The notes under the pieces: generated by a model
Seen by the model: only the letters and a program-made list of their open reading frames with translations
Told to the model about the DNA's origin: nothing
Databases searched by the model: none
Shown here: positions 51,788 to 60,764 of the stretch, piece by piece
Position numbering within the stretch: the stretch's first letter is position 1
Layout of the letters: each line of letters opens with the position of its first letter
Translations under genes and position numbers: made by a program
Assembly: GCA_963776245.1 (NCBI GenBank)
Contig: CAVZLN010000003.1
Location: 32,001 to 96,000, forward strand
From: Candidatus Eiseniibacteriota bacterium
Lineage (GTDB): Bacteria; Eisenbacteria; RBG-16-71-46
Direction of reading: 5' to 3'
DNA length: 64,000 nt

Positions 51788-54554
51788 CGAGCGCGAGCCT
51801 CCATTGGGCACCGGGACCGAAGTTCGACGGGTCGAGGATGTCCTTGGTGTACGTGTAGTCCTGGTTCCCGAGCCGGTTCGAGGGGTCGGAGGGGTCGTAC
51901 GAGCCCACGCCCCAGATGCGCGCCTGGCCGGTCTTGGGATCGATGCGGTTGACGAGCAGGTTGCTGAAGATGTTGGTGCCCGCCAGGCTCAGGTCGTACC
52001 GGCGCCCGCCCGCGCGGAACCAGCGATTGAGCCGCAGGTCGGTGGTGACCTGGAACGGGCCGTTCCCCGAGTAGGGCTCCGCGGCCTGCGACAGCCCCGA
52101 GGAGGACGGCGTGTACGCGCGCCCCGAGGTGCCCTGGATGTAGAGGTTGAGCCCGGTCCGCTTCGCCCACCACAGCCCGTCCGGCGTCTCCTGGTCGAAG
52201 CGCGCGTCGAGATTGAGGGCCAGCTTGTGCGGCCGGTTCCAGCTCATGAAGACCTGCGAGAGCCGCGCCTCGGTCGCGCTGCTGGTGCTCGACGAGACCA
52301 CGCCCTGGTCGTTCGGGTCGCTGCTCTTGCCCTTGGTCTGCTGGAACGTGTACGTGACCTTGCCCGACCAGTACTGGCTGCGGCGCTTCTCGAGCACGAT
52401 CTCGAAGCCCTTGGCGCGCGCGAAGTGGCCGTTCAGGTAGACGTAGAACGGCGCCAGGCTCCGGCCCCCGGTGGGCTGGAACCGGACCGAGCTCGGGTAG
52501 TCGTAGAGGTCCTTCACGAAGAAGGTCACGTTCGCCGCGGCGCTGCGCGCGAACTGGTGCTTCCCGCCGACCTCGTAGTTGACCGCCACCTGGGGATTCA
52601 GGTTCGGATTGCCGAGCCTCGGGAACGACTCGCTCGAGCGCGACGACAGCTTCCAGAACACGTACTGGTAGGCCGGGATCTGGGTGAACTGCCCGTAGTT
52701 GAAGAAGAAGCTGCTGTTCTCGGTGATCGGGTGCGCCACGATCACGCGCGGCGCGAGCTTGAGCTTGTAGCGCCGGCCGAAGAACGAGTGCGTGGTGGAG
52801 TAGAACTGCGACCGGGTCTCCGGGGTGACGTTCTCGTTGGTCGAGTCCGCGAGCGCGCGCTCGCCCTCGCGTCCGAGGAACCAATAGTCCCCGCGCAATC
52901 CGACGTTCGCGGTGAAGCCCTCGTACTCGATCTTGTCCCGCAGGAAGAAGCTGCCGGTCCACGGATGCGTGCGCCACAGGTCGTGCACGTCCCCGAGGTT
53001 GTTGGGGTCGGCGACCCACGGCCGCTGGATCGTCATGCTCTGCACGGTCTGCAGCTGATGGTCGAACCCGACCTCGATCTCGTTGCGCCGGAGCCGCTGC
53101 ACCAGCGTCCACTGCAGGTCGTAGCTCTGGGTGCGCAGGTCCGACCACTCGTCGGCGTCCCCGCTCCGGATGAAGAAGCTGTCGGCCGCCTGGGGCACCG
53201 GCTCGTCGTACTGGTCCCACCGCTTGCCCAGCACGTCCTGGCGCTGGGCGTAGAAGTAGCGCGACAGCTGGAGCTCGGAGTAGGCCGTGGTCGAGAACGT
53301 GCGGCGCCACTCGATGGACTCCGTGGTGTTGTCCTCGAAGTAGGTCGGAGCGTGCTCGATGCGTTGCGCCCAGGCCCACGGATACGCCGGGTCGCCCTTG
53401 TCCCCCGAGGCATTGAGGAACGACCGCGTGAAGCCCTGGTCGATGGAGATGCGCTTGGAGAAGTCGATCGCGACCTTGTCGCGCGGGTTCGGCTTCCACG
53501 TCAGCCCGTAGCGGGCCGACCAGCGGTTGTCGGCCGAGGGCGAGAAGAACGACCCGTAGCGGAAGCGCTTGGTGAAGAACACGTCCTCGTAGGACGACCG
53601 CAGCGCGCGGGCCGGCGGCATCCGCAGCATGTAGCCGAGCGGGCCGGCGTCGGAGCGGCCGAGATACGAGTAGCGCGTCTGCGCGAGTGAGCTGGTCACG
53701 TCGAGCACCGAGGTCACCGAGCCCGGCAGCGGGAGGCCGATCAGGCGCAGCAGGGGCTGCCACGCCGGGTCGGGACCGCTCAGCAGGAGCTGCCAGGCGC
53801 GACCGCCGTACGAGCCGGCGGTGGTGGTGACGCCGCCCGCGAACTTGTCGGAGCCTTCCTTGAGCTTGATCTCGATCACGCCCGAGAGCGCGTTCCCGAA
53901 GCGCACGTCGTAGGCCCCGGTGGCGACGTTGACCTCCGCCACCGAGCGCGCCGGCAACTGGCCGGCGGTGGACTGGCCGGTGACCAGGTCGCGGTTGGTG
54001 ACGCCGTTGACCACGAAGATGGTCTCGTCCGCGCGCCCGCCCCGCACGTGCAACTGATCGTTGTCGTTGCTGACTCCGGCCTGCTGCTGGAGCACGTCGC
54101 CGATGGTCTGCACCGGCAGGTTGCGGATCTCGCCGGCGGTGACGCTGCGGATGGTGGCGCCCTGGCGGGCCTCGACCAGCCGGCGCTCGGCGGTGACCTC
54201 GATGACCTTCTCCTGCTGGACCACGACCTCTTCGAGCGCGAAGTTCACGGTGGTGGGCCGGCCCGCCGCGACCACGACGCCGGTGCGCGTCTCCAGCCGG
54301 TAGCCAAGGAACTGCACGCGCACGTCGTACGTCCCGGGCGCGAGGCCGGCGATGAGGAACTGGCCTTCGGAGTCGGTCAGGCCGCCCTTGGGGACGCCCA
54401 CGATCGAGACGGTCGCGAACGCGAGCGCGTGCCCGCTGCGCTTGTCGGTCACGCGGCCGGACACACCGCCTTTGTCCTGCGCCACGGCGGCGGTGGCGAG
54501 GATCGAGGACGAGAGCAGCAAGATGAGCGTGAAGACGCGCATCGGTCGTCTCAT
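51774..54554 (-). CDS. TonB-dependent receptor with N-terminal carboxypeptidase-regulatory-like domain
   Basis: Signal peptide; GRVTD..G..L..A.V; plug HVRGGRADE..VNG and GNALSGVI; GNPNLNP; terminal LDVDF. Confidence 0.93.
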   Translation of the reverse strand: MRRPMRVFTLILLLSSSILATAAVAQDKGGVSGRVTDKRSGHALAFATVSIVGVPKGGLTDSEGQFLIAGLAPGTYDVRVQFLGYRLETRTGVVVAAGRPTTVNFALEEVVVQQEKVIEVTAERRLVEARQGATIRSVTAGEIRNLPVQTIGDVLQQQAGVSNDNDQLHVRGGRADETIFVVNGVTNRDLVTGQSTAGQLPARSVAEVNVATGAYDVRFGNALSGVIEIKLKEGSDKFAGGVTTTAGSYGGRAWQLLLSGPDPAWQPLLRLIGLPLPGSVTSVLDVTSSLAQTRYSYLGRSDAGPLGYMLRMPPARALRSSYEDVFFTKRFRYGSFFSPSADNRWSARYGLTWKPNPRDKVAIDFSKRISIDQGFTRSFLNASGDKGDPAYPWAWAQRIEHAPTYFEDNTTESIEWRRTFSTTAYSELQLSRYFYAQRQDVLGKRWDQYDEPVPQAADSFFIRSGDADEWSDLRTQSYDLQWTLVQRLRRNEIEVGFDHQLQTVQSMTIQRPWVADPNNLGDVHDLWRTHPWTGSFFLRDKIEYEGFTANVGLRGDYWFLGREGERALADSTNENVTPETRSQFYSTTHSFFGRRYKLKLAPRVIVAHPITENSSFFFNYGQFTQIPAYQYVFWKLSSRSSESFPRLGNPNLNPQVAVNYEVGGKHQFARSAAANVTFFVKDLYDYPSSVRFQPTGGRSLAPFYVYLNGHFARAKGFEIVLEKRRSQYWSGKVTYTFQQTKGKSSDPNDQGVVSSSTSSATEARLSQVFMSWNRPHKLALNLDARFDQETPDGLWWAKRTGLNLYIQGTSGRAYTPSSSGLSQAAEPYSGNGPFQVTTDLRLNRWFRAGGRRYDLSLAGTNIFSNLLVNRIDPKTGQARIWGVGSYDPSDPSNRLGNQDYTYTKDILDPSNFGPGAQWRLALDVDF

Positions 54555-54591
54555 GTCAGGTCGCAGAAGGTTGGGCCGTGAGGGAGCGCGA

Positions 54592-54620
54592 ACCCTACGG
54601 GGCGCACGTCCCGGGGTCAA
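54592..54620 (-). promoter_or_regulatory. Internal sigma70-type promoter upstream of the TonB receptor
   Basis: Minus strand TTGACC-17 nt-TAGGGT. Confidence 0.55.
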
Positions 54621-54693
54621 GTCGCCTGCTCCCACGCGGATGCGTGGGAGCGCCGCGGCGGGTTCCGCGGCCGGCGGGCGCCGGTCGCGCGGG

Positions 54694-56697
54694 TCAGAAC
54701 GATTCACGGTCCGATTTCACGATCAGGAACTTCCCCTGCGTGGTGCGCCCGCGATCGAGGTCCTCGACGGAGTACAGGTAGAGCCCGGTCGCCGCGGCCT
54801 GCCCGTGGCGGGTGATGAGGTTCCAGGCGAAGGCGCTGCCCGAGAGGGTCGGTGGCCCGGTGTCGCGGTCCTGGGCCGGGTCGTAGAGCCCGCGCGCCCC
54901 GCCCCCGCGGTAGGTCTCGCCATCGAACCGGGTCGCGAACACCAGGTCGCCGGACAGCGTGTAGATGTTCAACACGCAGTGCTTCGGCAGGTTGGCGAAC
55001 CACAGGTAGTGGTCGCGCGCCTGCGCGCCGCGGTCCCAGCGCGCCTCCACGCGGTACGGATTCGGGTACACGGTGACCCCGTCCCGGCGGTCGCCCGGCA
55101 CCGGGTTGGGCACCACCATGAACTTGTTCTGAGAGATGCCGCTCTCGAGGCTCGGCGTCTGCGTGTCCCCGGTGTCGTACGAACGCACCGCGCCCCAGTA
55201 CGCGAAGCCGTCGCGGAGCCCCTCGACGCGATAGTGATAGCGGTAGGTCACGGTATCGACGACCAGCGGCGTGGGGGCGAGGGCGGGCGAGAGCCCGGTG
55301 TTGAAGCCGGTGGAGTCCACCTTGTCGAATTGCGCCACGCGCACCAGGTCCTGGCGGTCGCTCGAGAGATAGACCCGGTAGCCCTCGAAGTCGAGCCCGC
55401 CCGGCATCTGGCTGGTGGGATCGGGCACCGACTCGGGCGAGTCGTCCCAGTAGATGTCCGCGAACCGCTCGCCGGCCTCGACGTGCACCCGCGGCGAGGG
55501 CGGCGGCGCGGGCAGGCGGTAGCCGATGTCGTAGGCGAACTGCGCGTAGTCCGCGTTGGTGAGGAGCGCGGCGTCGGTGGCCGTGAGCGTCGCGGGATCG
55601 CTCTGCCCGCCCACGAACGCGTAGTCCACGGTGATCGAGTCGCCGGCGAGGATCTGCCGGAACGGGCCGACCGACAGCACCATGATGGGCGAGCACCCGG
55701 CGCCCGGGATGCAGTCGCGCGGGTCCTCGTGGGTGCTGTCGGCGAGGATGCGGTAGCGCCGCGCGTCGGTGCTGCGCGCGGTGTCGCCGGGACTGTACGA
55801 CCACCAGTGCAGCCCCACCGTGCGCCCGACCAGCTCCCCCGGCGTGGCGCCCAGCAGCTTCACCCCGGCCCACGGCGGGCAGTAGGCCAGGTCGCAGCCG
55901 CCCGGCATCGGCAGCGCGCGACAGAAGCGCTCCTTGTAGAGCCGGCGCGTGGAGTCGTACTCGGCGTAGGTGTTGTAGTACCAGGACCCCGGCCCGGAGG
56001 TGGCCGACGGAGGCCAGGTCGGATAGGCGTTCTTGCTGCCGCTCACCAGCTGCGCGTAGAGCCCCACGTACACGTCCTGGAGCGGCGGGCCTTCGTTCAC
56101 GATCGTGAACCGGACCGCCACGAACGCGTCGGCCGCCTCGAGCGAGAACGAGAGCGCGCGCTGGCGCACCAGGATCCGCAGCGGCGTGTGGGGCTCGCTC
56201 TGGTAGCCCGAGGAGGCCTTCGCGGGCTGGTCGCGGTACACCGAGAGGAGGTCCTCGTCCGAGATCGCGTCAATCGAGTAGACCTTGCTGGTCGCGATGC
56301 GTGAGAGCCGCACGATCTCGTCGGCCGCGGGGGTGAACTCGGTCTCCGAGGCCCCGCCCTGGCCCTGGGCGTTGTCCACCACGGCGCTCGAGACCGCGGT
56401 GTAGAACACCCCGCGGTCGGGATCGAAGGCGCGCCCTCCCACCCACAGCCCGCCGCGCGCCATGTGCTCGTAGCCGGTGCCGAGCGGGAACTCGAACGAC
56501 GGCGAGCGCGACCCGAAGTTGTTCCCGAAGAAGCCGTAGTTCGAGACCGTCAGCCCGACCTGGTTCATGCCGCTCGGGGTGACCGCGTAGACCGGGCCGG
56601 CCTGGGGCCCGGCGCGCGCCGTCTGCGGCGCCCCGGGGGCGGCGATCGCCACCGCCAGCGCCAGCCCGGCGAGGCCCATCCCACGTCCGGCGGTCAT
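54694..56697 (-). CDS. Secreted protein with T9SS-like CTD (paralog B)
   Basis: Collinear with paralog A from SNYGFFGNNFGSR through GKFLIVKSDRESF. RBS AGGTGG overlaps the add stop codon. Confidence 0.85.
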   Translation of the reverse strand: MTAGRGMGLAGLALAVAIAAPGAPQTARAGPQAGPVYAVTPSGMNQVGLTVSNYGFFGNNFGSRSPSFEFPLGTGYEHMARGGLWVGGRAFDPDRGVFYTAVSSAVVDNAQGQGGASETEFTPAADEIVRLSRIATSKVYSIDAISDEDLLSVYRDQPAKASSGYQSEPHTPLRILVRQRALSFSLEAADAFVAVRFTIVNEGPPLQDVYVGLYAQLVSGSKNAYPTWPPSATSGPGSWYYNTYAEYDSTRRLYKERFCRALPMPGGCDLAYCPPWAGVKLLGATPGELVGRTVGLHWWSYSPGDTARSTDARRYRILADSTHEDPRDCIPGAGCSPIMVLSVGPFRQILAGDSITVDYAFVGGQSDPATLTATDAALLTNADYAQFAYDIGYRLPAPPPSPRVHVEAGERFADIYWDDSPESVPDPTSQMPGGLDFEGYRVYLSSDRQDLVRVAQFDKVDSTGFNTGLSPALAPTPLVVDTVTYRYHYRVEGLRDGFAYWGAVRSYDTGDTQTPSLESGISQNKFMVVPNPVPGDRRDGVTVYPNPYRVEARWDRGAQARDHYLWFANLPKHCVLNIYTLSGDLVFATRFDGETYRGGGARGLYDPAQDRDTGPPTLSGSAFAWNLITRHGQAAATGLYLYSVEDLDRGRTTQGKFLIVKSDRESF

Positions 56698-56706
56698 GCG
56701 CGCCAC

Positions 56707-57783
56707 CTACATGCTCGTGATGCGGCGGTCGTACTCGTCCGGGTACTCGTCCATGAAGATCCGGTCGATCTCGAGATTGACCTCGCGCAGCATGCGGGCC
56801 TTCTGGGCGTACGGCAGGAAGGACGACTTGAACCCGTTGATGACGATGCGCTTGATCTCGTAGGGCGTGAGCCGGAACGCGCGCGCCGCCAGGTAGATCT
56901 CCTGCGACACGGTGGTGTTCGAGACCAGCCGGCTGTCGGTGTTGAGCGTCACCCGCAGCCCCTGGCGGAAGTAGAAGCCGAACGGGTGCTCGCGCAGGCT
57001 GCGCACCGCGCGCGTCTGCACGTTCGACGAGACGCACATCTCGAGCGGGATGCGGTGGTCGTTGACGTAGCGCATCAGGTCCGGGTCCTCGCGCAGCCGG
57101 GTGCCGTGGCCGATGCGGTGCGCCCCGCAATAGTGGAGCGCCTGCGAGATGCTCGCGGGGCCGAACGCCTCGCCCGCGTGCACCGTGCTGTTGATGTTCT
57201 TCTTGAGGATGAGCTGGAACGCGTCGCGGTGGGCCTTGGCGGGGTAGTCCTTCTCCTGTCCGGCGAGGTCGAACGCGAGCACGCCCTTGCCCTTGTAGGC
57301 CACCGCCAGCTCGGCGAGCTCGAGCGAGACCTTGGGGTCCATCGAGCGGATGCCGCAGATGATCACGCCGGTCGACGCGCGGTACTTGGTGCCCGCGTCC
57401 TTGAGGCCGGCGATCACCGGATCCACGATGTCGTCGAACTTCAGCTTGCGCTTGCGGTGCAGGATCGGCGAGAAGCGCACCTCGAGGTGGCGCACGCCCT
57501 CGGCCGCGGCGTCCTCGGCCAGCTCGTACGCGATGCGGTAGAGCGCCTCCTTCTCCTGCATCACGCTCAGCGTGTGGTCGAAGATCCGGAGGTAGTCGGC
57601 GAGATTGCGGGTGCGCGAGCCCGCCTGCAGCCAGTGGGTCACGCGCCGCTTGCCGGCCACCGGCAGCTTCAGCCCCTGGGCGGTCGCCAGCTCGAGGAAC
57701 GTGGACGGCCGCAGCGAGCCGTCGAGGTGGCAGTGGATGTCGGTCTTGGGGAGCCGCTGGATGACGCGATGGGAGAGTCTCAT
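56707..57783 (-). CDS. add: Adenosine deaminase
   Basis: PKTDIHCHLDGS, EVRFSP, DLAGQE, HAGE, RIGHG, NTD. Confidence 0.95.
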   Translation of the reverse strand: MRLSHRVIQRLPKTDIHCHLDGSLRPSTFLELATAQGLKLPVAGKRRVTHWLQAGSRTRNLADYLRIFDHTLSVMQEKEALYRIAYELAEDAAAEGVRHLEVRFSPILHRKRKLKFDDIVDPVIAGLKDAGTKYRASTGVIICGIRSMDPKVSLELAELAVAYKGKGVLAFDLAGQEKDYPAKAHRDAFQLILKKNINSTVHAGEAFGPASISQALHYCGAHRIGHGTRLREDPDLMRYVNDHRIPLEMCVSSNVQTRAVRSLREHPFGFYFRQGLRVTLNTDSRLVSNTTVSQEIYLAARAFRLTPYEIKRIVINGFKSSFLPYAQKARMLREVNLEIDRIFMDEYPDEYDRRITSM

Positions 57784-57834
57784 GGGCCTCGTCTATCGCG
57801 GCGCCGCGGGGCGTCGCGCCGGGCGCCCGGCGGC

Positions 57835-58392
57835 CTAGCGGCCGCGCTCGAGCGCCATGATCTTCTGCACGCGGCGCTCGTGACGGCCGCCGCCGAACGG
57901 AGTCGTGAGGAACAGCTTCACCAGCCGCTGCGCCAGCCCGCGGTTCACCACCTTGGCACCCAGCGCCATGACGTTGGCGTCGTTGTGCTCGCGGCTGTTG
58001 AGCGCGGTGGCGTCGTCGTGGCAGAGCGCGCAGCGGGCGCCCGGCACCTTGTTGGCCGCCATGGTCGAGCCGATGCCCGCGGCGTCCACCACCACGCCGC
58101 GCGCGCAGCGGCCCGCGGCCACCTCGCGCGCGACGGCCGCCGCGATGTCCGGGTAGTCCACCGCGTCGGTGGACCACGTGCCGCAATCGTGCACCGTCCA
58201 GCCGAGCTCGTCCTCGATGTAGCGCTTGAGGATCTCCTTGAGCGGGTACCCGCCGTGGTCGCCGCCGAGGGCGACGCGGCGCGCGGCGCCGGCCGGGGGC
58301 CCGGCAGGCGCTTTCGCCTCCTCCGGGCCGAGGGTGCGGTCCACCACCTCGCGCACCAGGCGGCGCACGTCGGACTCGTCGAGTTGGGACAT
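57835..58392 (-). CDS. rpiB: RpiB/LacA/LacB sugar-phosphate isomerase with N-terminal extension
   Basis: GGDHGG, DYPD, GIGS..AANKVPG, REHNDANV, FGGGRHERRV. Confidence 0.9.
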   Translation of the reverse strand: MSQLDESDVRRLVREVVDRTLGPEEAKAPAGPPAGAARRVALGGDHGGYPLKEILKRYIEDELGWTVHDCGTWSTDAVDYPDIAAAVAREVAAGRCARGVVVDAAGIGSTMAANKVPGARCALCHDDATALNSREHNDANVMALGAKVVNRGLAQRLVKLFLTTPFGGGRHERRVQKIMALERGR

Positions 58393-58401
58393 GGTCGGCG
58401 G

Positions 58402-58431
58402 AGTCTAGGGACCGGCGCCGAGTGCGGTCAA
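58402..58431 (-). promoter_or_regulatory. Promoter of rpiB-add (near-leaderless)
   Basis: Minus strand TTGACC-18 nt-TAGACT, 9 nt before the ATG. Confidence 0.65.
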
Positions 58432-58565
58432 GGCGCACACCCGACCGCGACCGCGACCGGCCGGCGCGCACCCGGCGTGCGCGCGGACCCCGCGCCGCGC
58501 TACAATCGGCGCCCGTGATCGCGTGTTCCGGCTCCCCGGGGCACCCGCCTTCTCCAGGAGACCCC

Positions 58566-59933
58566 GTGAACCGCACCCTCCCGCGCTGGACCGCCACCGC
58601 CGCTGCCGCCGCCGCGCTCCTGCTGGCGAGCGGGCCGGTCGCCTCGGCCGCTCCCACCGTGCTCGACGACAGCACCCGGGTCGAGCAATGGACGCTGGCC
58701 AACGGCCTGCGCGTGGCCACCCGCCACGTTCCGGGAGCCTCGAGCGTGGCGATCACGCTCGCCTTCGGCACCGGCACCGCCGCGGATCCACCGGGGCGCG
58801 AAGGGCTCGCGCGACTGCTGGCCGAGACCTGGTTCACGGCGGCTGCCGGCGAGATCCCCGAGCGCACGCACGCCGAGATGGCGAGCCTGCGCCCGCTGGG
58901 CTGGACGGTGAAGGCCCTGCCGCGCGTCAGCCTGTTCGTCGAGGTCGCCAGCGTGCAGCAGTTCCCCGGCGTGCTCCACCAGACCGCGGTGCGCATGCGC
59001 GGCGTGCGCGTCACCGCCAAGGAGGCCCGGGCCGCGCTCGCGAGCGCCCGCGAGGACCTGAGCGCCGCGACCGTGAACCCGGATGGGCTGGCCTGGCTGC
59101 TGCTGCGCGCGATCGCGGCCGGCGCCGACAGCGCCACGCTGCGGCGGATCGTCGAGGGCGGAACGCTGGCGGCCGTCGCCCCGCGCGACCTCGAGCGCCT
59201 GCTCCGTGAGCGATTCGTCCCGGCCAACGCGGTGCTGAGCCTGGCCGGCGACCTCGGCGAGGTCGGTCTGCACCCGTTGATCGAACGCGAGTTCGGCGGG
59301 CTCGCCGCCGGCCCGGCGCCCGCCCGGTCCCCCGACACGCTGCGGCCCGCCGTCGCCACCTGGGCGCTGCCCGGGCTCTCCGGGCCCGCGGGCGTGCTGG
59401 GCGTGATCGCCCCGGCGATCACCGACTCCCTCCATCCCGAGTTCTTCCTCTCCATGCTCGTGATCGGTTCGCGCGCGCGTGAGGTGTGGGGCGATCCGGC
59501 GCCCCCCTTCACCCACCGCTTCACCTACTCGCTGTTCGAGGACCCCGATCTGGTGCGGTTCTTCCCGCCGATGGACGCCGAGCAGGGCGACACCACGTGG
59601 CTGGCGGCCCGCCTCGAGGAGATCCTGGTGCCGATGTCGCGCGCGGACGTGTCCGCCGAGACGTTCGACGGGCTCAAGCGCGGCGTGTCCTGGATGCTGG
59701 GCGGGCCGATGGCGGAGAACCTCGCGCCGCGCGCGCGCACCGACGTGGGGCTGATCGCCAACCTCTCGACCAGCGCGGCGATGCGGGAGCTGTGGCAGCC
59801 CGAGAGCTTCTGGGCGGACTACCGCAGGCGATTCGACTCCATCGCGACCGTCCCGATCGGACCGTGGTGCCGGTACGCGCTCGACCCCGAGCGCGAGGTG
59901 CGACTGGCGCTGACCGCCCGCGGGAGCCGCTGA
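58566..59933 (+). CDS. Exported M16-fold protein lacking the zinc motif
   Basis: Signal peptide; LANGLRV, DPPGREGLARLLAE (no HxxEH), FVPANAVLSLAGD. Confidence 0.75.
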   Translation: MNRTLPRWTATAAAAAALLLASGPVASAAPTVLDDSTRVEQWTLANGLRVATRHVPGASSVAITLAFGTGTAADPPGREGLARLLAETWFTAAAGEIPERTHAEMASLRPLGWTVKALPRVSLFVEVASVQQFPGVLHQTAVRMRGVRVTAKEARAALASAREDLSAATVNPDGLAWLLLRAIAAGADSATLRRIVEGGTLAAVAPRDLERLLRERFVPANAVLSLAGDLGEVGLHPLIEREFGGLAAGPAPARSPDTLRPAVATWALPGLSGPAGVLGVIAPAITDSLHPEFFLSMLVIGSRAREVWGDPAPPFTHRFTYSLFEDPDLVRFFPPMDAEQGDTTWLAARLEEILVPMSRADVSAETFDGLKRGVSWMLGGPMAENLAPRARTDVGLIANLSTSAAMRELWQPESFWADYRRRFDSIATVPIGPWCRYALDPEREVRLALTARGSR

Positions 59934-59955
59934 GCCGCGCGGAGCACCGCGGTCG

Positions 59956-59984
59956 TTGATTCAACCGGGTGCCGATGCTACCGT
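59956..59984 (+). promoter_or_regulatory. Promoter of udk (leaderless)
   Basis: TTGATT-17 nt-TACCGT with TG extension, 8 nt before the ATG; no Shine-Dalgarno. Confidence 0.65.
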
Positions 59985-59992
59985 GACGTTCC

Positions 59993-60640
59993 ATGTCGCG
60001 GCGCATCCTGATCGGTATCGCGGGAGGATCCGGCTCGGGCAAGACGCTCGTCGCCCGCACCATCGTCCGCGAACTCGGGTCCGATCGGGTGGTCATCATC
60101 GATCAGGACTCGTACTACAAGAACCTCGAGGACATCCCGCTGCGGGATCGCGAGGTGCGCAACTTCGACCATCCCGACGCGTTCGACAACGAGCTGCTGG
60201 TCCGCCACATCCAGGACCTGCTCGCGGGCCAGCCGGTCGAACAGCCCATCTACGACTACGCCGAGCACCGCCGCCTCGACGAGACGCGCCACATCGGCGA
60301 CCACCACATCGTCGTGCTCGAGGGCATCCTGATCTTCCATGAGCCCGAGCTGCGCGCCCTCATGGACATCAAGCTCTTCATCGACGCCGACGCCGACATC
60401 CGCTTCATCCGCCGCCTGCGCCGCGACATCGTCGAGCGCGGGCGCTCGGTGGACAGCGTCATCCGCCAGTACGAGGAGAGCGTGCGGCCGATGCACCTGC
60501 AGTTCGTGGACCCGGCCAAGCGCTACGCCGACGTCATCATCCCCGAGGGCGGCCACAACAAGGTCGCCATCGACCTGGTGAAGACCAAGATCCGCTCGCT
60601 GCTGCGCGAGGCCGGGGTCGACACCGTGCCCGCGCGCTAG
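59993..60640 (+). CDS. udk: Uridine kinase
   Basis: GIAGGSGSGKT, QDSYY, NFDHPDA, EGIL, RRLRRD..ERGR, KRYADVIIP. Confidence 0.96.
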   Translation: MSRRILIGIAGGSGSGKTLVARTIVRELGSDRVVIIDQDSYYKNLEDIPLRDREVRNFDHPDAFDNELLVRHIQDLLAGQPVEQPIYDYAEHRRLDETRHIGDHHIVVLEGILIFHEPELRALMDIKLFIDADADIRFIRRLRRDIVERGRSVDSVIRQYEESVRPMHLQFVDPAKRYADVIIPEGGHNKVAIDLVKTKIRSLLREAGVDTVPAR

Positions 60641-60764
60641 ACCGGCCGCCCCCGCGCGCGAATCATCTGGCGGCGCGACGGGCTCCTGAGGCACAATCAA
60701 GGCTCCTCCACGGCACTCCTCCAGGCCACGCCGCACCCGCTGCACCCGCCGACTGGAGGCCGCC

